DNA of 64,000 bases from positions 124,001 through 188,000 of the IMG/VR virus record IMGVR_UViG_3300042147_000020. One strand, 5' to 3'. Both the position numbers and the translations under genes were made by a program. Below the pieces are notes generated by a model, which saw only the letters and a program-made list of their open reading frames with translations, made no database searches and was not told the DNA's origin. This document shows positions 19,718-29,689 of the stretch, in pieces. How positions within the stretch are numbered: the stretch's first letter is position 1; each line of letters starts with the position of its first letter.

Positions 19718-19746
19718 GGGCATAAAGCCGCCTCGTTAGAAGCGGC
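19718..19746 (-). terminator. Hairpin plus TTTATGCC element
   Basis: On the minus strand: gccgc...gcggc-tttatgcc after the stop at 19753. Confidence 0.55.
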
Positions 19747-19752
19747 GGTGAG

Positions 19753-20229
19753 TTAGGCATCTTTGTGTGCATCAGTGATTGCTTTGATTGCCTCAGCGAG
19801 GTTCGCAGCAGTCACCCCAGGATGCTTAACGGGAATAGCAGTTTCATCAGACTCTTGCTCAGACTTGTCGCCCACATGAATGATAGCAGAGTACTCGGTC
19901 TTGAGTCCAGTGCGCCATTCAAATTCCAGAGTTAGCCGGACACGTCCCGGATTCAGGAATCGGATTGCTTTCTCAAAGACGCCCCATGTCATGGAACGCT
20001 TCAAGAGTTCTTTCGACAAGTTACCCCTTGCGGAGGACATGTCTCGAGAGTTTTGTGGGATACGGTTGCGGGGATCTTTCAAGTACCGCAGCATGTTACG
20101 GTTCCACGTGTTCATGCTGAAGTTCTGGTCACTCAAGATCTGCCGAAACAGTTTGCTCAACGTACCAGTGGCTTCTTCGGCCCTTTTCGTTTTAGAGCTG
20201 AGTACCTGATTGAGTTCCTTGTTTTGCAT
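19753..20229 (-). CDS. Conserved hypothetical protein
   Basis: 158-aa ORF with a GGAGG RBS upstream. Confidence 0.65.
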   Translation of the reverse strand: MQNKELNQVLSSKTKRAEEATGTLSKLFRQILSDQNFSMNTWNRNMLRYLKDPRNRIPQNSRDMSSARGNLSKELLKRSMTWGVFEKAIRFLNPGRVRLTLEFEWRTGLKTEYSAIIHVGDKSEQESDETAIPVKHPGVTAANLAEAIKAITDAHKDA

Positions 20230-20824
20230 ACGTTTGGACCTCCAGGAAAGCTTTAACTACGGCTTCCACATCACCCATCAGGTGCGTGAATTGACGGGTG
20301 TAGTAATCGACTCCGCTTTTAGAGTCAGCGCTTTCGAACAGCAAAGCTTTCTGGAGATATTCCAGTTGTAGGTTGAGTGCATTATAAACCTCCACAGGTT
20401 CTAGTTGATGACCCTTGTCAGTAGCCAAGTAGTCATCCAGTTTTACAAAGCGCACGTTACCGGGTAGGTTACGGCTTTTCTGGATACGTTCAGGCACTAA
20501 GCCTTTGTCATGTACGATGCGTGAACTCTCGTTCAGCAACAGTAACAAGGAATGTACCGTAGGGTTGATCACGCTGACATTGATAGAAAGTCCCATCAAT
20601 GGTGTGTATCGCTTGAGTTGTGCGGGATCAACCAACCGTGCCAAATCCATGCAGTAACGAACGTCGGCATGAACGACTCCGTCTACTGTGTGTTTCAGGA
20701 TCACCGATTCGATTTGATTCTGCAACGTGGGTGTCTTTCCAAATCCTCCACTAAGCAGTTTTCTCAAACTAGCTTCAATGGAATAATATACATTTGTAAT
20801 CTTTTTAAGCGAGGAACTGAACAT
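20192..20824 (-). CDS. Hypothetical protein; start uncertain (ATG 20824 or TTG 20767)
   Basis: Open frame overlapping the start of the next gene. The track start at 20965 would overlap the divergent gene. Confidence 0.5.
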   Translation of the reverse strand: MFSSSLKKITNVYYSIEASLRKLLSGGFGKTPTLQNQIESVILKHTVDGVVHADVRYCMDLARLVDPAQLKRYTPLMGLSINVSVINPTVHSLLLLLNESSRIVHDKGLVPERIQKSRNLPGNVRFVKLDDYLATDKGHQLEPVEVYNALNLQLEYLQKALLFESADSKSGVDYYTRQFTHLMGDVEAVVKAFLEVQTYAKQGTQSGTQL

Positions 20825-21251
20825 GTCTGAGGACCTTTTAACGGACGACAACATTCTACGGTTTACCCAAAAGCAACGTAAAGCCCTTGAGGCCGAGTTG
20901 ATGAAAAATGGGTGGCCTAAGGATTCCGACACCCAAGAGCAGTTGATGACTCTGTGGAACGACATGGACCGTCAGGCCTTGGGCAACAAGCGTATCGGCG
21001 CGGCAGAGAAACTGGCTGACTCTGATAAGTACGTAGCGAGCGTTATTGCTGACGTGGTGCGTAAGTTTGGCTCGAACATTCCTTATGAGAACGGTGCGGC
21101 CATGACTGTCGGTGGAGGCTTACTAATTGAACAGTACGTCGATGGCGAGCAACACAAACTCCCAGCAGCACTACCAGTTCCTGGGGAAATGGGTATCGGT
21201 ACAGCGAACATGAACTTCAACGACTTCGTGAAAGACTTCGAAGACGAGTGA
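20823..21251 (+). CDS. Hypothetical protein
   Basis: 142 aa, GAGGA RBS, followed by a hairpin. Confidence 0.65.
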   Translation: MSEDLLTDDNILRFTQKQRKALEAELMKNGWPKDSDTQEQLMTLWNDMDRQALGNKRIGAAEKLADSDKYVASVIADVVRKFGSNIPYENGAAMTVGGGLLIEQYVDGEQHKLPAALPVPGEMGIGTANMNFNDFVKDFEDE

Positions 21252-21290
21252 ACGACATAGTATCGTCATACACCGTAATTTTAAATACGG

Positions 21291-21326
21291 TCATAGAGAG
21301 AGGCCAGAAGGCCTCTCCTTATGCCG
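21291..21326. terminator. Bidirectional hairpin with TATG motifs
   Basis: cata-gagagaggcc-agaa-ggcctctc-cttatgccg between convergent genes. Confidence 0.7.
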
Positions 21327-22031
21327 TTACCGAACAGGACAGAACTGCTTAACCCCTAACAACTGAAGATTCATGTACAGCTTGTTGGTGAACTCCAGCA
21401 TCTCGAAAGGAGACACCACACCAACGTTGGGCACTGTAATGTCTTCCTCAGTGAAATCCCCTACCGCTGAGATCCCTGGGGCAAAGACAGTGATCGAGGG
21501 AATCACCTTGTCGATGAACCGCTGTTCCTGACATCCCATCCAGTGGTTGTAGTCATACAGGATGTAAGCCGAGTAGTCAGCATCCAAGAACGCAGGAGTG
21601 ATCTCGTCAGGAGCCATCCACGTGTGTTCCAGATGGACTTCATTGTTGACGAACACGGAGATGCTGGTGAGGTAAGCCTCGATCTCCTCGTTGGTCAAAT
21701 GGTACGGGTAGAAGTTGATGGTCAGCTTAACGTCCGACACTAGGGGCGTGTTGATCCGCTGGTCACACAGGTTTGCAAAGATGCTCGTCAAAGACAGACA
21801 CATCTCTGTGGCTAACCCACCCCGTAGCGTATCGACGTCCCTTTTGGCGTACTGAGCTTTGTAAGCCTCATTCGTGATCATCCCGTCCGTGTACTTCTCA
21901 AAGTCGTCAGACAGTCGCAGCCAATAATAGTCCATGACCATCTTGGCTGCTGCATCCGGATTGACCCGAGCAATGGAAGGGAGTCGGGTATCAATCAGGG
22001 CATCAATCTCGCAAAGGATGTGTTGATCCAT
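21327..22031 (-). CDS. Conserved hypothetical protein
   Basis: 234 aa, TAATG-coupled to the upstream gene. Confidence 0.65.
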   Translation of the reverse strand: MDQHILCEIDALIDTRLPSIARVNPDAAAKMVMDYYWLRLSDDFEKYTDGMITNEAYKAQYAKRDVDTLRGGLATEMCLSLTSIFANLCDQRINTPLVSDVKLTINFYPYHLTNEEIEAYLTSISVFVNNEVHLEHTWMAPDEITPAFLDADYSAYILYDYNHWMGCQEQRFIDKVIPSITVFAPGISAVGDFTEEDITVPNVGVVSPFEMLEFTNKLYMNLQLLGVKQFCPVR

Positions 22032-22510
22032 TACGCAACTTCCTCTTCAGGGCGCAGGCCAGCCAAAACGACGTTGAGGTCTAAGAAGTCAACCAGCAAC
22101 ACCAGCACCAACCACGGGTAGTAAGTCATGAAGAGTTTGAGGTTAGCCTTGGAGGCCATCCGCTCCAACAGGTCTTCACCAATGGTTTCCTCTTCGGTCA
22201 ACTCAATGCTGGCTTCGTAGTGGACGGTGAAAGCATCAGACAGGTCTTCGATCAAACTGGTCCAAGCTTCACTACCCAGAATGAAACGCATCTGCTGAGC
22301 ACCACCGTGAATGAAGTCAACCAGCACTTCTTTGTCACGAATGTGTTCCCACAGTTCCTGAATCTGAGTCGCAGTAGCCAGTTGGTTCAGACGGATGTCG
22401 TTCTGGAGGAAAAAAAGAAACTCCACTACATCCACTTTACCTGCGTCATCCAACATCGCATCGAAGCGACGACGGAGAGCAGCAGTGATGTCATTCAGTA
22501 ACTCTTTCAT
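22031..22510 (-). CDS. Hypothetical protein
   Basis: 159 aa, TAATG-coupled on both sides. Confidence 0.65.
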   Translation of the reverse strand: MKELLNDITAALRRRFDAMLDDAGKVDVVEFLFFLQNDIRLNQLATATQIQELWEHIRDKEVLVDFIHGGAQQMRFILGSEAWTSLIEDLSDAFTVHYEASIELTEEETIGEDLLERMASKANLKLFMTYYPWLVLVLLVDFLDLNVVLAGLRPEEEVA

Positions 22511-23181
22511 TACTTGTCCAGTGTGTTATCGAGGTGGATGGTTTTAAGTAGGGTTGACAGGGTAGTCACCGACTTAACCTTGGTGCCGAACTGGGCTAAG
22601 TATTCAATACTCACCCCACCGTTCTCGATGATGGCACGGTTCATGGCGTTAAAGGCCTTGGCGTCACCACCACGGAACTTAATCAGCTCAGTGATCGTTG
22701 CATCCAGACCCTGAGCGAACAACACCTGCAACTCAGGGAAGGAGATCTTCGAACCTTTGGAAGGGCCGGTGGATTGGCCAGACAGTTCGTCGATGTGCTT
22801 GTTGTTCTCAGGGATGGTTGCCTTACTCTGCAACAGTTGAACCTGACGACGCAGTGGAACGTCAATGACCAGATACTTCACAGGAGTCTTGTAGACCTCA
22901 CCGGTAGTCGGGTCTGTCAGGATCAGGTATTGGAAGAAGTCGTGACCCAGTTCCTTAGCGATTGCCAAGTTACGTTGCAAGTCTAACTTCTGCTTCGACA
23001 GGTTCGGAGTCTTGATGGTTAGGATCTCAGTCCCGTCATCCAGATTCTTCATGAAACGGTCGAACTCAGCGTCTGACATCTCAGCCAAACGTTTTGCGTA
23101 GAACGCGGTATTCGGGCTACCGGGTAGGATCTTTTCGATGTACTTCAAGATCATATCGGTAGCAGCTTTACGATTGCCCAT
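22510..23181 (-). CDS. Virion RNA polymerase beta C-terminal fragment, phiKZ gp149-like
   Basis: LSGQSTGPSKGSKISFPE...ELIKFRGGD aligns by eye with the RpoB C-terminal TQQP..G...GGQRFGEME...E.LT.KSDD region. Confidence 0.8.
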   Translation of the reverse strand: MGNRKAATDMILKYIEKILPGSPNTAFYAKRLAEMSDAEFDRFMKNLDDGTEILTIKTPNLSKQKLDLQRNLAIAKELGHDFFQYLILTDPTTGEVYKTPVKYLVIDVPLRRQVQLLQSKATIPENNKHIDELSGQSTGPSKGSKISFPELQVLFAQGLDATITELIKFRGGDAKAFNAMNRAIIENGGVSIEYLAQFGTKVKSVTTLSTLLKTIHLDNTLDK

Positions 23182-23211
23182 GATGAGTGTCCTAATTAGT
23201 TCCCTATAGGA

Positions 23212-23805
23212 TCACTCATTAAGAACGAACTTAAGATAAGACAGACCGTGTGCGTAGGTCAATGTAGCGAAGTGCGACTGTTGGGAGAAGTTCTGTGTGG
23301 CCATACGTCGCGATGTGAATTCGACAGCATGGGTACATTGTTTCAGGAGGTGATCCAACGCTTCTTGGGCTTCTACATTGTCTCTTGATAACCGAACGCC
23401 ATGGTGGGGTAGGCGTTGCTTGGTTACGCAGTAGGTCATTGCGTTAACAAACTCTGTACAACCTGACATGTGAACCACTACACCGACACGCGGTAGTTCT
23501 GGGTCCCATCCCAAGTCTTTCAATAAACTCAGCACGGTGTTCTCAATCGACACCATGTCCCCTACGAAATCTGAGCAATACACCAGCAGGTGTATGATGT
23601 CGTAAAGACCACGGGTTTGATACCGCACTTCATACGAAGGCATTGCGTCGTTGCATTCCCTCACACTACTAACATTGTTGAATAGCGTCTGATCAAAACC
23701 ATCTGGCATCACAATCCCCACCGGTGCCTTGCGGACAGCCTTCTGAACCAAAGCAAATATATCAATAGAACCATCAGCACGGATGAAAGGGATGTCGACG
23801 TTCAT
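23212..23805 (-). CDS. Hypothetical protein
   Basis: 197-aa ORF in a co-oriented run. Confidence 0.55.
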   Translation of the reverse strand: MNVDIPFIRADGSIDIFALVQKAVRKAPVGIVMPDGFDQTLFNNVSSVRECNDAMPSYEVRYQTRGLYDIIHLLVYCSDFVGDMVSIENTVLSLLKDLGWDPELPRVGVVVHMSGCTEFVNAMTYCVTKQRLPHHGVRLSRDNVEAQEALDHLLKQCTHAVEFTSRRMATQNFSQQSHFATLTYAHGLSYLKFVLNE

Positions 23806-23809
23806 GATC

Positions 23810-24091
23810 TTACTTCCAGGCAGGCAACCCGTAGGCTACAATTGTTGGGGCTACGTGTTTGTTAAAGAGACGCAACCATTCGCGCTCAGTGACATCATCC
23901 ATCAAGCATTCACGCTCGTTAACAGTCGAGCACGGCAACATGCCCAACTGAACCCGCAGGTAGTTGTTGAGGTGAACCATCGGACTCGCTCCGTTGTGGG
24001 CGTGAGCCGGGGCGTGTTGGGACAGTTTGGTTGCAGCATCGTTACTGTGTTTACTCAAGCATTGTACAACTGATTCGAAGAAGGGATTCAT
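23810..24091 (-). CDS. Hypothetical protein
   Basis: 93-aa ORF with a GAGG RBS. Confidence 0.6.
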   Translation of the reverse strand: MNPFFESVVQCLSKHSNDAATKLSQHAPAHAHNGASPMVHLNNYLRVQLGMLPCSTVNERECLMDDVTEREWLRLFNKHVAPTIVAYGLPAWK

Positions 24092-24169
24092 TTTCTAAGC
24101 CTCTAAAGTTAGGAGAAGGAGACACCACCTATATAGTTACCTCGTTGTATTAAGAATTACAGGGAATAA

Positions 24170-24201
24170 AAAAATAACCCTCTGGACAAGCCGGGTTATT
24201 T
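24170..24201 (-). terminator. Intrinsic terminator closing the early island
   Basis: Inverted repeat aaaataaccc...gggttatttt with a T-tract on the minus strand. Confidence 0.55.
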
Positions 24202-24210
24202 TGATTACGT

Positions 24211-24612
24211 TCAGTTGCTAATCCGATTACGGATAGCGTCGATCTCGTTATTGATCGCTGTGGCGCGACCACTGATGCGCTCAGCAATACATCCAATACG
24301 TTGAGCTTGATGCTGTCGCACCCGTTCGATTCGAATGCAGTACTGAATATCGGCACCGACTTGTTCGATAGCCGCCATCCAGAACTCCATCATAAACAAG
24401 TCCCAACTTAAGATTGCAGCGAGACTATGAGTCAACAGCGTCACCATGTTGTCTTCGGTGTACGGCATGTCGGGACTCTTCACCACACGATCAGCCAGAC
24501 CGCGCACTCGATGTAGCTTCTTTTGAAGCTTACCGAGTTCGATCATTTTGACATTGATCAGGATACGACCAGCGTTGTATTGTGCGTCAGTTACCATTTT
24601 CTCGTTCTCCAT
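24211..24612 (-). CDS. Hypothetical protein (putative early gene)
   Basis: 133-aa ORF downstream of the early promoter motif. Confidence 0.6.
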   Translation of the reverse strand: MENEKMVTDAQYNAGRILINVKMIELGKLQKKLHRVRGLADRVVKSPDMPYTEDNMVTLLTHSLAAILSWDLFMMEFWMAAIEQVGADIQYCIRIERVRQHQAQRIGCIAERISGRATAINNEIDAIRNRISN

Positions 24613-24636
24613 AGAACTTCAGATTAGTGTTGCAAC

Positions 24637-24975
24637 TTACCAGATGCGGGTAACGCCCCACAGAGTGTTGTCATCCCAGTCACGGTAGGTGCGAACACGT
24701 TCTTCCATAGGAAGGTTTTCAGCATTCAGTTTATTACCCACTGCCCCACGAGCCCAATGGAGTTCGTTGTTCTGGAAGTCCAGAGTGCACATGGTTACTG
24801 CTTCACCGTCCACCAGACCTACTACAGCTTCGTACTCACCTTCGTTACCGAAGAGAGCAGCGTGAGTCAGGCGTACAGTAGTCTTGCGGCGTTCGTCGTA
24901 AACGATACCGCCAGAAGCTTTCAGGGTGTTGATGATGGATTCATTACGAGCACGGCGGATTTCGATGTTGTTCAT
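24637..24975 (-). CDS. Hypothetical protein (putative early gene), 112 aa
   Basis: ATG at 24975 (MNNIEIRR) with a GGAG RBS. The longer track start runs through the promoter. Confidence 0.65.
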   Translation of the reverse strand: MNNIEIRRARNESIINTLKASGGIVYDERRKTTVRLTHAALFGNEGEYEAVVGLVDGEAVTMCTLDFQNNELHWARGAVGNKLNAENLPMEERVRTYRDWDDNTLWGVTRIW

Positions 24976-25039
24976 GATGTGTTCTCCATAGAACGATAGA
25001 TTAGGTTTGAACAAGAGATTTATTATCCTATTCACTTTT

Positions 25040-25068
25040 GTAATATATATCTGAGATTTTTTTAATTG
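25040..25068 (-). promoter_or_regulatory. phiKZ-type early (vRNAP) promoter
   Basis: On the minus strand: aattaaaaaaatctcagataTATATTAC, an exact TATATTAC at 25040-25047 with an upstream A-tract. Confidence 0.7.
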
Positions 25069-25074
25069 GACAAA

Positions 25075-25105
25075 CGGCATAAAAGCCCAACCCGAAGGTC
25101 AGGCC
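25075..25105 (-). terminator. Hairpin plus TTTTATGCCG element
   Basis: On the minus strand: gcctgacc-ttcg-ggttgggc-ttttatgccg. Confidence 0.7.
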
Positions 25106-25112
25106 TCTATGG

Positions 25113-25283
25113 TTAATCTTTGGAACGACGAAGACAGAGCCGAAGCAATCCACTTAGGGAAATCTTCTTAAGCTCCAACCGCCGGAGGGTGAACAACCAG
25201 AAGGTGATGCGATCATCAGTCACCAGATCGAGACACTTCTTTTTCAAGTCCATTCGCTTGATAGGACCAGGACGCCAATCCAT
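25113..25283 (-). CDS. Small basic protein (56 aa), not in the ORF track
   Basis: MDWRPGPIKRMDLKKK...RRSKD. It has a TAATG overlap with the uvsX stop and ends just before a terminator. Confidence 0.5.
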   Translation of the reverse strand: MDWRPGPIKRMDLKKKCLDLVTDDRITFWLFTLRRLELKKISLSGLLRLCLRRSKD

Positions 25284-26689
25284 TACGCTGCTGCCTTATT
25301 GACAGTACCTTTGTACCAGTAAGGAACGTACTCGCCTTTGGCCATACGCAACAGGTCGAAGGTGGACATGAACTGTTTAGGGTTCTTGTTCTCTTCGAAG
25401 TCCCAGTAACCACGAGTGTCCAACAACTCGTCCCAGTTGTAACCCATGGCCTTGATCTTCTCGTACAGATCTTTAGGCTCCATCAGGTAACCACGAGTTT
25501 GAACAAACCCGAGGTTTTCCATCTGGCACAGCTCGGAGGTGATTTCCATCGCCCGCTGGAGACGCACGTTGTCGCGGATCTTGCCTCGGACTGTGGTCCG
25601 CTGCATGGTGATCTCAGGACACAGTTCCATGTAGTACGCACGGTCGTGACCACCAATACCGTACTTGAAGAACTTACAGTAGTTGAACTCAGTCATCCCA
25701 ACCAACAAACCTTCACGCTGGGAGTAGATCACTTCGAACGGCATCCCTGTAGGGCCCGCCTTAGCTCGCAGGTTCTGTAGAACCAACAAGTTCAGGTCAG
25801 TGTCGCCTTCAAGGTTGTCATCTGGTCCTGCTGGGAACTCAGGAGCTTTGGTGGCCTTGTTCTGGAGTACCGTAACGCTGTTGCAGTACCACAGGTTGTT
25901 CGTGAGGAAGGTGAACTTCTCAGGAACGTTCTTGAAGACGTTCTTCCCTTTGAGGAAGGCCAGCTTCTTCGGATCAGGTGCGTACTGATCGAGCTGGTGT
26001 TTGTCGCCCACGTGTGCCGTTGCGATCAGGTAGTTGTTAGCACCCGCCGTCAGGTTCGGCAACTGCATCAACATCTGCGTTTTGGCCGCAGCAGAACGCA
26101 AGGCGTCAGTGTTAGCTGCCGAGTCACCGATCTCGTTCTTGTCGTAGATGCCTTCGACCGAGTCAGTGATGAACATACTGAGGGAGTCGATCTCGAACAA
26201 GTGCGGCAGGATGCACTTGATGAACTCACCTTTGTTGTCGATGAAAGGCATGGTCCGTTGTAGGGACTTCGCTTCTTTCTTCTTGAGGATCGACATGTCG
26301 CGGAACTTGTCGAACCACTTGTTACCCGACACCATGGTGGAGTCAGTCAGAACCAGCTTCTTCAGCTCAGCCAGATCTTCGCCCATGATTTCAGGGAATT
26401 GCATCGCCAGTTGATACAGGCGTTCCAACGTCATCGAAGTTTCGGTGTCGTAGAAGTTAGCCTTGGCCAGATAGCGTGCCATGATGCGCAGGATCATGAA
26501 GTGGGCAATGAGCGACTTACCCATGTTGCCGCGACCAGCGATACCAGTGAACGGAGACAGTCCCCCGTTCATGATCATCTCCCCGTTCTTACCTTTGTAG
26601 TAGCGTCCGGTAGGGAGGTCAAACAGGCAGCCCAAGTTAAAGAATGGGCGCAAGCGTGGTGCCTGTTCGAAAAAGTCGTCTAATTCCAT
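25283..26689 (-). CDS. uvsX: RecA/UvsX-like recombinase, phiKZ gp152-like
   Basis: Walker A GRGNMGKS, YDTE and the Walker B-like FEIDSL. Confidence 0.8.
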   Translation of the reverse strand: MELDDFFEQAPRLRPFFNLGCLFDLPTGRYYKGKNGEMIMNGGLSPFTGIAGRGNMGKSLIAHFMILRIMARYLAKANFYDTETSMTLERLYQLAMQFPEIMGEDLAELKKLVLTDSTMVSGNKWFDKFRDMSILKKKEAKSLQRTMPFIDNKGEFIKCILPHLFEIDSLSMFITDSVEGIYDKNEIGDSAANTDALRSAAAKTQMLMQLPNLTAGANNYLIATAHVGDKHQLDQYAPDPKKLAFLKGKNVFKNVPEKFTFLTNNLWYCNSVTVLQNKATKAPEFPAGPDDNLEGDTDLNLLVLQNLRAKAGPTGMPFEVIYSQREGLLVGMTEFNYCKFFKYGIGGHDRAYYMELCPEITMQRTTVRGKIRDNVRLQRAMEITSELCQMENLGFVQTRGYLMEPKDLYEKIKAMGYNWDELLDTRGYWDFEENKNPKQFMSTFDLLRMAKGEYVPYWYKGTVNKAAA

Positions 26690-26803
26690 GTTTTACTCGC
26701 TACTGTGAATGGAAAAATAATGTTCTAAACTCATTTGATACGTCCCGTGAGTTTAATTTTATGTGTCTTTGCTCAATCGAGCTTTCCCACTTAAGGTGAC
26801 CCC

Positions 26804-27616
26804 ATGCAAATCTCTTTAGAACAACAGGCCAGTGTCCTGTCAATGGAGGCGTTTAACCTACGTGCTTCTCTGACTACACTGACCAAAGTCTTCCCTGCGT
26901 ACGCTCGTGGCATTGGCGACACTATCAGTTCATATCTGGCCAATGACCAGATGCTGATCCCGTTGGTTAAGGTTGACAAGAAAACCAACCTCGCCAAATC
27001 GGTGGACTACTCAGCCCATCGTAAGACCGCTATCTATGGCCCTGCCGGTTTGCAGACCACGTACCTCAATTACCTGAGTGCCGTAGAAGGCTCTGTAGCG
27101 CTCGCTAAGGAAGTCTACGCCGAACAACTGGTACCGTTCAACGCGTGGATCGGTGGCCTCTTGGGCGACCCTGAGTCGCTCAGTACCATCGCTGTCAAGC
27201 AGGACGTGTTGAAGTTCGACGAGTCCGACATCGAGAAGTGCAAGAAGCAACTGGAGAAATGCGTTAACCGCGCCAGCTCCCAGACCAAGCACGAGTACGG
27301 TAAGCTCGTGAAGCAGAACGCTGAATGGGACGAGATCCTGACCAAGACCAACCAACTGGTCGTGTCCTACCAAACAGTCAACCGCACTGCGGTGCTGAAC
27401 GAAGTAGACGCCCTCAACGAACAACTGCTCAAGTTGGCTCAGCGTATTCAAGATGAACCCGAAGTCTATAAGGCTTCCGGCATCACCATCTCTGAACTGG
27501 CTAAGCGTTGCTTGGTGGTGGCTCGTTCGGTAGAATTCTACTCGATCACTGGTTACTTGATGACTGAACTGTCAACGACTGTCCAATCTTCAGTAGATGC
27601 ACTGAAGCGTCTGTAA
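26804..27616 (+). CDS. Virion head protein with probable protease-cleaved propeptide
   Basis: 270 aa. The N-terminal ISLE/LSME fits the S-x-E cleavage motif. Confidence 0.6.
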   Translation: MQISLEQQASVLSMEAFNLRASLTTLTKVFPAYARGIGDTISSYLANDQMLIPLVKVDKKTNLAKSVDYSAHRKTAIYGPAGLQTTYLNYLSAVEGSVALAKEVYAEQLVPFNAWIGGLLGDPESLSTIAVKQDVLKFDESDIEKCKKQLEKCVNRASSQTKHEYGKLVKQNAEWDEILTKTNQLVVSYQTVNRTAVLNEVDALNEQLLKLAQRIQDEPEVYKASGITISELAKRCLVVARSVEFYSITGYLMTELSTTVQSSVDALKRL

Positions 27617-27619
27617 GCG

Positions 27620-27668
27620 TCATAAAGACTGACTACCCGGCTGAGGCTAGGTAGTCAGTCTGCTATGC
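27620..27668. terminator. Bidirectional hairpin with TATG motifs
   Basis: cataa-agactgactacc...ggtagtcagtct-gctatgc between convergent genes. Confidence 0.65.
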
Positions 27669-27676
27669 TGGTTGTT

Positions 27677-28084
27677 TTAAACCAACCCCAACCGTGCCGT
27701 TTGAATAACAGTTCGGGCATCTTCTACCATTTTGGCAGTGTCGCCGTATTGCATCCACTTTGGCATTGCTTGCACTACCTGGTCTGCACCCGCTTTAAGC
27801 GAACCACAGGCAACCGCTTTGTCCAAGTCACAGTTCTGCCAAATCCGTTTGGAGAATAGAGCTGGAATCTCAAGCGCTTCTGCACAAGAAGCCAAGCTCA
27901 TCTTCTCATTCAGCAGTTCAAGGTCTTTCAACTCAGTATGGGAGAGTTGCTTCAGTCCCGCGAAAAGACTAACGACAAAGAATAGTCTCTTCCCGTAACG
28001 TGGCAACCCCACCCGCAAGAGACGCGACAGTAGACGTTTGTTCAACTCACTGACGCGCTCCGTGATGGAGGTGATAGGGTTCAT
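27677..28084 (-). CDS. Hypothetical protein
   Basis: 135-aa ORF downstream of RNase H. Confidence 0.6.
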   Translation of the reverse strand: MNPITSITERVSELNKRLLSRLLRVGLPRYGKRLFFVVSLFAGLKQLSHTELKDLELLNEKMSLASCAEALEIPALFSKRIWQNCDLDKAVACGSLKAGADQVVQAMPKWMQYGDTAKMVEDARTVIQTARLGLV

Positions 28085-28098
28085 AGGGCGTTCTCAGT

Positions 28099-29634
28099 TC
28101 AACTGGTCAATAGACAAATGTTGGAATAAATACCAGCCCAAATACCAATGTCGTCGTCCGTCTGAATGATGGTAGCGTAACGGAAGGCCGTATCGCTCTC
28201 ACGCCATGTGATCAAATGGACTTTGGGATTCAAGGCCGCCAACGCCGACAGCGTATTACGGTTTGCGATGTCAATCCCGATCGTGACCGGGAGTTTGAAC
28301 ACACCCGCCTTCACTCCTGTGTCATACGCCGCTTCAATCTCCAGACGTTTAACCGTGCTGTTAATTGCTGGGAGTAACTTCGTCACAGGTTTCTTCTTTG
28401 CGGTATTTACCTCATAGAGTAGACCTGTAATGTCGTTAACAACGACCCCCTTGGCAGTTGGGTTGCCAATGTAGTCGATCAACATGCTTTCCATGACACC
28501 CATCTGTTGCATCACACGGAAGGCGATACGAGGTGGACGGAGTTCTTTCGTCAGGAGCAGGTTGGCTGGCGTGAACAGATCCATCTTGCCGTAGTTGTGT
28601 TGATGGAGGAACTTGTCCCCGTACTTCTCCAACTCGGTGTAGACCTTAGCCGAGGTAATGTTGTTGACCCGACCGATAACCATGCTGTTGAAGCCACCGG
28701 TGTCCAAAGAATCTTGGTGCGCAGTGATCATCTCCAGTACAGGGTTACGCTCTTTGAGGAACAATACCGAGAAGGAAGCCGAGCTGACAGGTTTACCTAC
28801 GAAGTCGTCTTCTGCACCGTGTTCACCGAGGTAGTAGACCACACGACCATCGGGACTCTTCTGAGTCCCGCCCACGTTGGTATTGAAGTACCAGTATGGG
28901 TGAGAGATCATGCGGTTGTAGTCGGCCTTGAAGCTCCAGTAACCTTTGGAGTCTGTGAGTTCCACAGAACGAATCGACAAACCTTTCTTACCGGCAATGA
29001 CTGCCGATGAAGCCAGCAGGTCAACCGCATCGTTACCGAGATCACCACTGTGACCGCGTACCCAACGCGTGTAGATCTGCGTGCCACGTTCTTCGAGGAT
29101 GCGCTTGGCTTCCAAGACCTGTTGCCACAACTCAGCGTTAGCCACTGGTGTGGTGTCAGGTCGCACCCAATTGTTGGCTGCCCATTTACGCGACCAGTTC
29201 AGCAGGCCGTTCAGGGCATACTTGCTGTCGATTACCAACATCACGTCGACTACCGCTTTGTTCTCGATGACGACTTGAAGCGCCTCGAGTAAACCGGTGA
29301 CCTCGGCAATGTTGTTGGTCGACTCTGGAATTTGCGAACCGTACCCGTCAATGTACTGTAGAGGTGTGACGAGTCTGATCTGCGGGTCCACGAAATGCTC
29401 GACCTCAGGATCACGGTCCGCTGCTTTGTAGTTATAGAAGGAACTCCCCGGAGCCCCTTCCACTGCGTCGATGTACCCGAAGTTGGTTACTTGTTGGGGA
29501 CACCCAGTACCTTGTTTTGCTTTTTCGGTCGTGTAGATGTATCCATGGATACCCCAACCACCCACACCGCGAGACGGCTTGCAGCCACCGTCAGTGTAGA
29601 TCACGGCGTGAAGGCTTGCTTCCTCTTTGCTCAT
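28099..29634 (-). CDS. rnh: Ribonuclease HI-domain protein with a long C-terminal extension, phiKZ gp155-like
   Basis: Motifs YTDGG, TNNIAE, IDSKY, NAELW and WVRGHSGDLGNDAVDLLA. Confidence 0.9.
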   Translation of the reverse strand: MSKEEASLHAVIYTDGGCKPSRGVGGWGIHGYIYTTEKAKQGTGCPQQVTNFGYIDAVEGAPGSSFYNYKAADRDPEVEHFVDPQIRLVTPLQYIDGYGSQIPESTNNIAEVTGLLEALQVVIENKAVVDVMLVIDSKYALNGLLNWSRKWAANNWVRPDTTPVANAELWQQVLEAKRILEERGTQIYTRWVRGHSGDLGNDAVDLLASSAVIAGKKGLSIRSVELTDSKGYWSFKADYNRMISHPYWYFNTNVGGTQKSPDGRVVYYLGEHGAEDDFVGKPVSSASFSVLFLKERNPVLEMITAHQDSLDTGGFNSMVIGRVNNITSAKVYTELEKYGDKFLHQHNYGKMDLFTPANLLLTKELRPPRIAFRVMQQMGVMESMLIDYIGNPTAKGVVVNDITGLLYEVNTAKKKPVTKLLPAINSTVKRLEIEAAYDTGVKAGVFKLPVTIGIDIANRNTLSALAALNPKVHLITWRESDTAFRYATIIQTDDDIGIWAGIYSNICLLTS

Positions 29635-29689
29635 CGGGTTGTTCCTAAAAGTTAGTTCTTCTCAAGAGATTCGTGGTGACCGTAATTAC

